A DNA stretch of 64,000 nt from Octopus bimaculoides (lineage: Eukaryota): contig NC_068982.1 in assembly GCF_001194135.2 (NCBI RefSeq), positions 27,750,270 through 27,814,269 on the forward strand, read 5' to 3'. The notes beneath the pieces are model-generated. The model was not told the DNA's origin. It was given only the letters and a program-made list of their open reading frames with translations, and did no database searches. Shown here one piece after another: positions 1-11,900 of this stretch (within the stretch, counting starts at the first letter, position 1; each line of letters starts with the position of its first letter). The translations under genes and the position numbers were made by a program.

Positions 1-1046
1 TATCTTATGATATTTACTTTACTTTATATTATACTCATTTATTGTGCTTTTAATTATTAATTTTTCTATATGTGATAGTGGATTTTCATCGATGAGTTCT
101 TGAAAATTGGTTATTTTCCCTAAAACTATATATATTTTATATATACTTTATCTATAAGGCTCAATTTAATTTTAATTTTTTATAAATTGATTTTAATTGA
201 GTTTTTTACCTGTAATTTTGGATTTTGTCCCTAATAATATTATTATATATATATATATATATGTAGTGGCTTTATGCAGGCATGGCGTGGATTCAATCTT
301 CGATTGCCAAATTTCACTTAACAGTTCAACAGCACTTTTCTCATGGTGAAACAATAGATTTTCTGTGAGTGACAGCAGCTACATTTACCAGATACCATCG
401 CTAAGCAGAATTATGTCTTTGCCACTTGACCCTTCTAAACTTTTCTGGGCCACCAAAAATTAGAATTGAGATAACAGGTACCACCAACGAAATCTACTGT
501 TCTCAACAATATGCCTGTCTTTCTAATTGGATAGTTATAACGAGGATTTGGTAAGGCAAAATCAGTTAGTGAGCAGAGACCAATGAGAGTCATGGACACA
601 AGCAGACAAATGACCGGAACAAGAAAGGTTACAATCAGTGACTATGTGACACAACTTCCCTCAACTCTGTAACTTTCACTAGCTCAGTTTCTTTTCTCTT
701 ACAACTTCATTCTATTTCTATCTGTGGATTACTACTACGAGAACATGTACACACATACCAGTCAAAATTAACTGTTTTTGCTTTGCATGCTTTTCCATTT
801 ACTAATTATACATACCAACCCATTGTAGTTTTGGATATGTACAAAGTAATGGCAAATAAGTATTTCTTTACAACTTCAACCACTGTTCTTTCTTCCATCT
901 TGCACCTCTTCAATAGCAGCACCCGATACAATCACTAACTGCCAACTCCAACATATATCATAATGCAAACTGTTACACTAGCAACCAACACCTTAACAAC
1001 AACTGTTACAATTGATGACCCTCGACTGCAACGAAGAACTAAATGT

Positions 1047-1121
<75 letters not shown>

Positions 1122-1454
1122 TCATATTTAGTTTTACATATGTGTATACATATATTTGTGTGTTTGTATACATGAATCTATGAATGTGTATGTTTGTATA
1201 TATATATGTTTATGTATGTAAGTGTATATATATGTATATATATATATATATATATGTGTATGTATACCTATTTTCCTATTGCCTTATCTTTATTATTTCA
1301 CTTCTTGCTAATTATAATCAATTACATCCTTGATAAAAATATCTGTTTATATAGTCACTACAGCCACTTTGAATATAACAATGTTTATGGGACATTTGTG
1401 TTAAATTATTATTTAATACATCAATGTTATAATTACACATATATATATATGTAT

Positions 1455-1495
<41 letters not shown>

Positions 1496-1525
1496 CATAC
1501 GTACACATACATACATACATAATAT
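1047..1525. repeat. Compound (CA)/(TA)/(TG) microsatellite field
   Basis: Visible runs; explains the spurious ORFs at 963-1529. Confidence 0.9.
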
Positions 1526-1663
1526 ATAGAGTATAATTACTTTCTTTATTCGTCACAGAGGGCCTAACACAAAGGGGACAGCACATGGTGGGGACAGAAA
1601 AAAAGAAATAAATTGAACTTCAGGTAGCCTCAAGTATGCTGATCACGTGAGAAACTATTTTAA

Positions 1664-1727
1664 CCAATGAAATTGAAGCGCGCCAAACAGTCACTTTCCT
1701 GTGGTGCCTTCTCTCTATCCATAAATA
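1664..1727 (+). promoter_or_regulatory. Putative H2B promoter: CCAAT box and TATA-like CATAAATA
   Basis: CCAAT at 1664-1668 and CATAAATA at 1720-1727, about 115 and 55 nt upstream of the H2B ATG; typical histone promoter layout. Confidence 0.5.
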
Positions 1728-1780
1728 AAGTCAGTTGCCAGAGATCAGCTAAGCATTCTTAGAGCTTGCATTGATCGTTG

Positions 1781-2143
1781 ATGATGTCAGATAGCGAAGA
1801 TATCAAGAAACCCGTCAAGCCAAATTTAGCTGGATCGAAAAACAAGAAAGTAAAGCGAAAGAGGAAGGAGAGCTATTCCAACTACATCTATAAAGTTATG
1901 AAACAGGTCCATCCTGATACTGGAATATCCAACAAAGCCATGATCATCATGAACAGCTTCGTTAACGATTTGTTCGAGAGAATCGCTGTCGAAGCCAGTC
2001 GTTTGGCTCACTACAACAGACGTTCAACCATGAGTAGTCGAGAAATCCAAACTGCCGTCCGGCTTTTGATTCGTGGCCAATTGGCCAAACACGCAATGTC
2101 AGAGGGTACGAAGGCAATTACTAAATACACTAACAGCAAATAA
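1781..2143 (+). CDS. H2B: Histone H2B, intronless, divergent variant
   Basis: [72 protein letters not shown]...[18 protein letters not shown] is the H2B histone fold. First ATG is 1781 (or 1784); the ORF track begins at a TTG. Confidence 0.96.
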   Translation: MMSDSEDIKKPVKPNLAGSKNKKVKRKRKESYSNYIYKVMKQVHPDTGISNKAMIIMNSFVNDLFERIAVEASRLAHYNRRSTMSSREIQTAVRLLIRGQLAKHAMSEGTKAITKYTNSK

Positions 2144-2172
2144 ACACTTGCTGTAGTAATTTCTCTATCGAC

Positions 2173-2188
2173 GGCCCTTTTTAGGGCC
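2173..2188 (+). terminator. Replication-dependent histone mRNA 3' stem-loop
   Basis: GGCCCT-TTTT-AGGGCC: 6-bp stem and 4-nt loop matching the metazoan consensus, 29 nt after the H2B stop; weak purine-rich GAAAG downstream. Confidence 0.93.
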
Positions 2189-3702
2189 AAATATATTTTC
2201 ATGAAAGTTTATCTTTATCACGAATAGCAATGATATGCAACCGTTATGCTTTTATCTCTAATTCTTTCAGTATTGTAAAAGTGTTTACATTTTAGGTTGA
2301 ACAAGTCATCTTTCCACGATATTTCCTTTCTTGGTTTAATGTATATTTGTCTTAAGATGGAGACTCATTTATTTATGACTTCGGCAATCTTAAGAGACTA
2401 TGTTTCAAAGTGTCACGTCTGAACGTCTTTCCAGCCGCAGGATGAAGTAGTCGATATCAATTGCTTTACATCCGATTCTCTTTTTATTTTCCCAATGTAG
2501 AATACTGGTTGGCGATCTATAGTTATATCAGCTTTAAGCGACTCTTACATGAGAATTTGCTAATTTATATGTATGTAGTTACGGAGCTTTTACAATTAGT
2601 AACTCAAATTTCTTCAGTGGTTTAGGGTGGTTTCGTTCTTTTGCAGTGCTTCTTTCTCATTTTGTACGACTTTACATTTACCTCTTCAAACCAGAATGGT
2701 GTCGTGATTGTGCAATCATTTGTAATAGCTAAACTTGTTTGCAATAAATAACTTAGTCTTGAATGATAGTTTTCTTCTACGTTAATATTTTGTAAAAATT
2801 TCAAAACTCAGCAACTTCATTTTGAATGTGAACACGTGGCAATATCATTTTATAAGTACAATGTTTGTTGTGTTTTTTTTCTAATGAGTTGTACTTAGCA
2901 GCAAAATTTTATTTTCATTCTTCGGCACGGTGTTCGTTGAGGGTACAGTAAATAAGAAACAATAGCACATTGTAATGAATAATTTCATTAGCTGCAACAA
3001 TAACAGCGATGCGGCAGGTAAAAATATTTATTAATCATGCATGTACAGTAGACTGTTATATAGGGAAAGTCTCAGTTACTATGATAACAATTTACCTGTC
3101 TATCTTTCAGATACACACACTCTCTCAGCAACAACCTGGTTTCTCTTGAAACAAATTTCAATTATCTTTCACACACACACCCTTTCTCTTTCTCAGTGAA
3201 TTCCTCTTTCAACAACAATAACAACTTACCACTATAGTGAAAGTATTTTTTTAAAGTATGTGTTGTATTGTCTCTATGTTGAAAGACATACAGAAACACA
3301 CAGACACAAATAACCAAAAATTAACTATATTGTTTGACAAACTTGCATTTAAAATTCCCATATTTTTAATCAAAACTTGTTAGTCACTACAGAGACTATC
3401 TTGTTTTCCTTCACACATACACTTTCTCTTGTTTAACAACCTTTTCTCCTCCCCTTCCTCTAATACAGCATGTGACAGACAGAAGATCCTCCTCACTTTT
3501 ATAATATAAGGTTATTATTAGAGAGAAGCAAACTGTTTTTATTTATGTGCAAACCAATTTTCTTGTATGTACAGGTGTGACTGTAGTAAGAAGTTTACTT
3601 TCCAACCACATGGTCCCAGCATTTTAGGAAAGTCTCCTCTTTTGCAGCCTTGTGAGTGGATTTAGTAGATGGAAACTTAAAGGAGTCCATTGTACATGTA
3701 TA

Positions 3703-4945
3703 TATAAGGGGCATTCTAGAAGGTCTTAGATTTTTTTTTTAAGAAAAGCAGTTATAATTGTCTAAGATTATTGTAATTTTAGTATTTCATTACTATGCAT
3801 CTAATAAGCTGACCTACCAACTTTCTCATTCCAGATTGAATGAGACAGCTGTAACAACACTTCAAACACATCTTACTAAACACTGCTTGTCACAGTTGAC
3901 TTGTTAGCTGAATGCAGTCAGGATGTGAAGACAATTTGGAAGCTTGCTATGCAATAAAAATTTTGAGCTCAATCAGACAAAAATGCTACATGAGCCAAGC
4001 ATCCATTTTTCACTAGCACAAAAGGATCAGGGACAGTAGAGAAGATGTGAGATGATGAGAAGTGTAGGAGGGAGAGGTATGTCAGTACATAAGAACTAGT
4101 TGAGAAAAATTTGCAATTTTCTGGATGAAGACTATCATGTGCCTATAAGAACAATCAGCATACATTTTGGAGATGGTGTGGCAACTGTACACAGAATTAT
4201 TCATGAAGATTTGAACATGCACAACATTTGTGCAAAGTTTGTTCCCAGGGTGCTCAGTGAGAGAAGGTGAATTGGTGACAACAGGATGATTGTTGAGCTC
4301 ATTACCTCCAATCCAAGAGTACAAGTCTTTGGTGACCTGTGATGAAAACTGGATCAACTGTTATGATCCATAGACCAAGAGACAGAGTGCCCAATGGAAG
4401 CATCTTGGCTCCCACAGACAAAGCAAGTCTACTGGGAAGCTCATGATGAACTCCTTTTTCAACAGCAAGGGCATCATCTGTATTCATTGAACTCCCTTTG
4501 ACAAAGACCATTTTGCAGAGGTTTTGAGGGAGTTCAAGAAGAGATTTCATAGCAAAAGGTTAGAGCTCTTCCACTAGGGTCAGTGGCACCTGCACCAGTC
4601 CACAATTCCATCCTGGTAACCAACTCCATAACAGTGATTGGCATCAAAACTGTCCCTCACTCTCTCTACAATTTAGACATTGCTCCCTGTGACTTTTGGC
4701 TGTTCCTTAAGCTGAAGAACCTCAGAAGCAGTCATTTTCATGATATTGAGAAGATGGTGGCTGCAACAAGGGTCCTAGACATCTTCACTTTGGAGGACTT
4801 TTATAAGGCCTTCACAAAATGACTGGAACACTACAAGTGCATTAAAGTGAGAGGATCCTACTTTGCAGGAGATTAGTTTTGTATTTCTTTGAACTTAACA
4901 AATGTCTCCCCTGAAGAAGTCAAAATTTCTGGAATGCACACTGTA
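3703..4945 (+). mobile_element. Decayed full-length mariner DNA transposon
   Basis: Transposase remnants CAKFVPRVL, VTCDENWINCYDP*TKRQSAQWKH and PHSLYNLDIAPCDFWLFLKLK with stops and frameshifts; degenerate TIRs tataaggggcattctagaa (~3703) and ttctggaatgcacactgta (to 4945); about 1.24 kb. Confidence 0.85.
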
Positions 4946-5109
4946 TCCACCTGTGCATGTGCCACTGTCTGCTTTGACTTCATGTGATAGTTGTTGACAG
5001 GGCATCTAACCATTGAAAATCCACTTCAACAACTTCAGTCCAAACCATGCACACATGGAAAAGTGGATGTTAAATGATGACAATGATATGCTGTGTGATG
5101 CTCATATTT

Positions 5110-5356
5110 CTCTTCTGCTGAACCATTAAGTTATGGGGATGTAAACAAACCAACACCAGTTATCAAGCAGTGTGGTAGAGGGAAAAATACAAAAACATAC
5201 ATACATGTGGGTCTCTTTCAGTTTTCCTATACCAAAGCCACTCTCAAGGCTGTAGTCGGCCCAAGGCTATAGTAGAAGATACCTATCAAGGTGTCACGCA
5301 GTGAGACTGAACGCATAACTGTGTGGTTGGGAAGAAACTTTATACCATGCAGCTAT
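5110..5356 (-). mobile_element. SINE family B, degenerate copy
   Basis: Same motifs as the intact copy at 54246-54652 (aggctatagtagaagat, tttcagttt, ttatggggatg). Confidence 0.65.
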
Positions 5357-8300
5357 ACCCATTATTCAAAACGATTCTCTTGGTCAATGAGTTCCCCAAT
5401 ACGTTTTTTGTTGTGACAGATTCTTGAGTTGGTGCAGTAAAACTTATTTATGAAAACAGGTGTATGTACAAAAAGTATAAACAAGGTGTTAGAAATTGAT
5501 TAAAATGGGACATAATATGATTTATCTCCCTCTAAATTTCAGGTTACCAAGGTCTGTGAGCAATCATTTTTATCTGTGTTATATAGAAAAACTGTATTAA
5601 TGTACAGTTATGGAGTGACTATAACATGACAATGTGACATTTGCAATACAAATTATAAAAATTCATATTTGAAAGTTCCATAAACTGAAACAGTGTTCCT
5701 TGAATAAGACCAGCTTCTTTGATATATCACAGTGAAGTTTTAAAGTAACTAGATTTATTCCCAATCATTATGAAAATAAATGTTTAAAAATTGTTGGAAA
5801 TATTTTATTGGATTAAGTTAGTAATACAGTATACAATAAAAGAAACACAAACATGAATCATTGTTTCGACTGAAAACTGTCTTTCTAGAAACAAGAGACA
5901 AAGTTTTGAAGAATGTTCATTTTAAATACAAAACATTTATTCACTTCCATAATAATTACTGTGTATGTATGAGAGTGAAAAAGTAAGAAATTCACTATAA
6001 TCTTTAAGTTCATCTTTTAAGATCAAAAGAGGAAAAGCAAAAGAAAAAACTCCCACAAATTGCAGTTTTATTCTCAGACTAAAAATTAAGTTATATAATT
6101 ATAACAGAGTAGTAAGATGTTCAAATTGGTAATATGTTATCCTGGACTCTCTACTGTATCTAGTCTAGTAGCTTCTTGGAATCAACAACATTAAAACATT
6201 TTAGTGGCAGCTTAATTATTTTTCTTTACATTATAAACCATAAAAGAACTAGAACTTTAAATATTGTTCTTAATAAAAAGTCTTCTGTGATTATTTTATA
6301 TATGTAGTAATTAATGTTGATAATTTAAGGCAAATGATTCTCAAGATAGGGATAAGTTCACCTTCAGCTTATAGTTTTAGTGATTTACATTTGCAGTATA
6401 CAATAATTCATGAGCCACTAACATATTATATGCTACGTACAACTTAAAAATTGCTCAAAAAGAATTTTAAACAAGAATACTAAAAATTTAATGTTTAACT
6501 AATTGGTTCAGCTCAAACTACTAATAGAGACAATTGTCTAATAACATATTAGTGAGAGAGAGAGAGAATATCTGAGAGAGAGAGAGCAAACATTAAAACA
6601 TTTAGGTGTCAAAAGCTTTTTGGAATGGTATAAAAAAAGTTTTTGCAGCTCTATAAACAACATGTATGAAGTTTTTGTGTAGAGCTTTTTGTATTTTTTA
6701 AAAACTTTTTGATACAAATACTGCAGATTATGACAAAATATGATTTCTTTTAATATACCGTGAAAATTGGTAAACTTTTCAAACATGCCCTTCCGTCCGA
6801 GGAAAGTATTTTACAGTTAATAAAAAACCCCATATAAATGACAAAATAACCATCATTCCACAATCTTAAGTTAATGAAAGGGAAAATATTTACATCGATT
6901 ACAAGTTGCAAAAACAGGGGAAACACAAATTACACAAGACAGAAGGATTTACTAAATAACAAGTAGCTTTAATATATTGATTCATTATATGCCTTAATGT
7001 AATAATAGAGGAAATATGATCCTAGATACTTATCTTTTACTTTCAAATATTTACCACTGAATAATTATAAGCAAACTGATTTATTTATAATTTCCAGTGT
7101 TGTGGTGCAAAACTAGGCTGTGAATCTTAAGTGAAATTAACTGCTATGGATAGTTTCTTAGTGTTTATAACTTGAGACTATGGCCAGTGCTATTTCCTAG
7201 TAGACTAGGTGATTGGGTGAGACACTAAAGTCAGGGGTGCCATGTGCAACATACACGAAATTTATTGGATTTAATTAAAATAACAAAAACTTATAAAGGG
7301 AGCAGGTGAAGTCACTGCTAGAACAAAAATAGTTGGAAGACATGAGTGGGTTTGGCGAGAGGCTTGTGTGGTGTTATGACCTGTTACATAGTTTAGCATA
7401 AAATATTTCAAATTTTGCTCGGTAGAAAATTTACTCAGTGATATACATGTTCATAAAACTATAGATTTATTGTTCACAAGTTAATTATAAATTTTTAACT
7501 GCATTTTCAAGTTGGTGTAATGAGGGTGATGGCTGGAGGAGGAAGTAGAAAAAATTGAAATAGAAGACTCTCGTTGTAGGTTTGGGGGAAGGGGGTGCAT
7601 ATTGTAGCACTGGCCTAGGGTGCTGGATACCCTGGCACTGGCCCTGCTTAATACAAAAGAACATTCATTAGATTTTACTTTCTTGAAAATCATTTAAGAC
7701 AACTGGATTTTGGGCTCATGCCTGATCATATATAAATTTTGTTTTCCCAGCTAGTGTGTAGCAAAGAAAAGAAACAAAGCATTTGTTACGATACAAAAAG
7801 TTTTAGAAATGAATAAAGTAAATAAGCAACCCAACAACGTTTTTACTTGCATTTGACAATAATTAAAAATATATTAAAAAGAAAAACTTCCATTATATTT
7901 AAGTATATATACACACACACAACATTTGTATGTTTGTGATTATATCAAGTGTACTAGAAAATGAAAAACAATCAAATTAAAAAGGAAAAAAAACACAAGG
8001 TCAAACACACAAAAATAACTACTTTAAATAAATGTTGACAATTTTTTTTCTTTATTAGGAATTTATTGGTTTTCAGTATATGTTTATAACAGACAATTGT
8101 ATGCAATAGTCATGGATAGACCTAAATTACAGACTAAATATAAAAGCTAAATAATAAAACTAAAATAATAAATCAAGAAAATCTATTCATATTTGAACAT
8201 CTAAGTAACATAAACTATCATAATTTATAATTATTTAAGAAAAGAAGAAAAATAGCACAAAGAAAATGAAGGAAACAAAACAAAAACAAAACAAAAACCC

Positions 8301-8846
8301 ATTCAGTCCACATTCTGGTGCACATTTTTTCAAGCAAGTTTTGAGTTCATATGCACAAAATAGAGATATGTGAAATAAAATGATGCATTAATCTGAATTA
8401 TAATTTACATTTTTTACTGTATTATAAAGAAATTGGTTTGTAAAACTGAAAGAGATTATATATATTGACAATATATATATTCCAATAATTGTTCCAATAA
8501 TTCTGGTAGAATCAGTTTGGAATTGTATTTATTTTAAATAAAAAGTTGTAAAGCTAAATTCATCCATATGCTGCATACACAGAAGACTAAGAAATCCATC
8601 GAGAATATTTACATGCAATGAAAAACATAAAATTATAATTAATTCACTCGTGTTCCCAATAATAACTGATGGAACGAATTCCTTCCTATAAGCTGGAAAA
8701 AATCTCATGAATTTTTTTTTTTTTTTTATGTTCACATTTTAACTATTTTGTCTGCATAATATGATTATGTTGTAATTGAGTAGAAAGCAATCCTCGACAG
8801 GAAGTTCAGTGCAGACAGACACTTGGAAGATAAATTTGTGTCCTGT

Positions 8847-8960
8847 TCACCTGCCATAAAATTTACGGTTCAGGAGAAATATCAGTAAATTGACATTCAC
8901 TTTTGCACGGTTAAACATGTTCATTACAGCAACACCTTCATACTGCAGCTGGAGCAAATC
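8847..8960 (-). CDS. IQGAP1: IQGAP last coding exon (window exon 33)
   Basis: ttttag|DLLQLQYEGVAVMNMFNRAKVNVNLLIFLLNRKFYGR*; 114 nt; TGA at 8849-8847. Confidence 0.95.
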   Translation of the reverse strand, partial: DLLQLQYEGVAVMNMFNRAKVNVNLLIFLLNRKFYGR

Positions 8961-11900
8961 CTAAAAGTATAAAAAATAATTTCAACACACAGTCAGGATT
9001 AGCTCAAGATTCATCATTCTATACTGGCTAGAAATATAAGAGCCAACATTTTCATATTCATATAAAAACCTACATCATTTCATAGCCAAACCTCTTACAG
9101 GTGTCTTTTAGCTTCCACAATTCCAGACTTCCTCAAATACCATTTCACAACATTTTCGTGCTCAGCATGCAACACACAAATACAGTATCAATATTCCAGA
9201 AATTGCATCTAATACAAAGCCACATATTTCTGTGAAGCTGCTGCAGAATACACTGTCATATGACATCACAGCTGATATACACCACACAGCCTACTTGTTA
9301 TCTAAGAAAAAACCCACCACCAATTAAGAAGGAAGATTCCCTTGAGACAATACACTGGCTAATATTCCAAGAAACTATTGGAGCAAACAATAGCCTCTTA
9401 GGTAAAACAACATTAGAATAGAAACATGTATCCTGGATGTAGAATGGGTCCATCATATCCATGTTTATCATAAGAGATGACTCAAAGGGTTGGCACCAGG
9501 AAGGAAATGCTACCACAAAATAGCAAACAATGATAAGTACTATTGGACAGTTATGGGCCTGCAAGGTTAAATTCTGTTATGGCAGGAAAATGACTTTAAA
9601 ACATTTGATTGAACAACTAGTAGTTTCCATATTATTTCAATATATGTATGTTGCACCACAATTCCAATTAATATTGTAGGTATAGTACTGGAAGATTTGG
9701 AGACCCTTATCAAATAATACATTGGCTTTTGCTAGCATGTGTTTGTCCTGGATAAATTTGGTTACCTTCATTCTAATTTACAAAAGCACTGAGTCTAGAA
9801 TTTCTCTCATATACACAGGTGAGTAAAATGTATATCGAAAAACCTTAAGATGAACTGAATTCATCCAGTATGAAGTAATTCATTCTCATTATGTGAAGAA
9901 TCCATTCTTCATTTTAAAAGTGTTAATCTTACTAATTTAATATTTTGCCATCTCTACAGCAGCCCCACTCAAGTGATGGTGATTTTAGTCTTGCAAACTA
10001 TCTGGTCATTAAGAATGAAATGTCCGATTTTGAACTGAAAGTTTATTTTACTTTATCTCAATGAAAAGCAATGCAGTTAATCTAAGTATGCACCTAAATT
10101 ATCAACACAATTTTACCATTTTATTGGTAGCTTATTTATGCCAGCAGCAAAGAATTCTGGAGAGCAAGAGGTGATGAAATCATAAAAGGCAGTTCTTGCA
10201 TCTTCAGATTTGAAGTTTTTTCCTTGAAAAAAGTTGTCGAATGCCTGGAAAATGTGATAGTCAGTTGGTGCAAGGTCTGGTGAATATGGCTGATGCAAGT
10301 TCAGTTCTTGTAACTTGAGTTGTGCTCTTTGTGCAACATGTGATTGAGCATTGTCTTGCAAAAGAATTGGCCCGTCTCTATTGACCAATCTCAGTTGTTT
10401 AATTGCAAATTCACTCATCATTTCATCCAATTGGTTAATGTATACATCCACTGTAATTGAGTTATCGGGTCTCATGAAGCTGTAGAGGATGACACCAGTG
10501 CTGGACCACCAAACAAACATCATTAGCTTTTTTTGGTGAATATTGTTTTTGCGATTGTAAGGCGATAAGCTGGCTGAAATGTTAGCACACCAGGCAAATT
10601 GCTCAGTGGCATTTCGTCTGTCTTTGCATTCTGAGTTTAAATTCCACCGAGGTCGACCTTGCCTTTCATCCTTTTGAGGTCGATAAATTAAGTACCAGTT
10701 GCATACAGGGGTTGATCTAATCGACTGACCCCCTCCTCCCCCCAAAGTTTTGACCTTGTGCCTAGAGTAGAAAAAATTCTTTTTGGGATTGTGTTTTGGC
10801 ACTTCATCTCTGTCCAACCACCATGCAGAATGCTTGCAATTGCTGAAAAGAATCCATTTTTCATTACACGTAACAATACGATGCAAAAACAGTTTGCTTT
10901 TATGTGTGACAGCAAAGAACAGCAAATTTCAAGACGTGTGGTACCCACTTGTCCAGCTTCCTTATCCTGCCGATTTGTTTCAGATGGACTAATGCAGTTG
11001 GAATTGAAACATCAAACCTTGCTGTTAACTCATGCGCAGTGGTGAGATGTATCCGCTTCCACTATAGTTCCAGCTCATCATTATCCACCTTAGTCTCAGG
11101 TCTACCATGGGGCTGATTTTCAAGAGTAAAGTCACTAGACCAGAACTTCTCAAACCATTGAGGTACAGTGTACTCATTCACCACATCTTCACCTAACACC
11201 TGACTGATGCTTCAAGCTGTCTGGGATGCATTAGTTCCATGACGGAACTCATTCATAAAAGACAAGCTTTTGATCTATCCATGGGTTCACAAAAACTGAT
11301 TTACAAGAGAAAACTCAATATAATCAGACACCATGAAATGCATTTCGAAAAGTGATGATGTAACTCTTCAATGTTGTAAAACAAAGAAATGTCAGGATAA
11401 AAAAAGAGTTAACAACTTCAAACTTGGTGCATAAGAAAATCAGACATTTCATTCTTAATGACCTGATACATAGCAACCTCACAGGTGTTGGTGCCACAAA
11501 CAGAGTAGGGGGAGGAAGCAACTACATGGAGTGGTTGGCATGAGGAAAGGCATCCAGCTAGAAAAACCATGTCTTAGCAGACACAATCCTCTGACCTATT
11601 CGACCCTGTTGGATTGTCCAACCCATGCCAGCATAGAAGACGGATGTTAAAAGATGATGATGATTACAATCATAATTTATAAATATCTAAATAAATTTAA
11701 TTTTCATATACTGATTATATTTTCTTTCCAAATCATTCACATCTCAAATTATTGGCAACTGTTTCATAACTCACACTTTTACATAGTGTGTCAAAAGTAG
11801 AGAGTGGTTAACGGAGGCCATTTTCCAACAGGAAGCTAAGACAGTGATATCAGAGAGGCTTGTTTATAAAACACAATTAGACTTTGTATTTATACTAAAA

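Noticed and set aside
261-660. Possible LTR/PBS: block starting TGTAGTGG, with minus-strand TTGGTGGCCCAG
   Set aside because: No paired LTR, no CA directly before the PBS-like motif, and no gag/pol. Probably a repeat, but I cannot classify it.
963-1529. ORFs rich in YI/HT/CV
   Set aside because: Translations of dinucleotide microsatellites.
7182-7646. Short inverted motif ggccagtgcta / tagcactggcc, Harbinger-like MITE
   Set aside because: Only 11 bp, ambiguous right end and no clear TSD.
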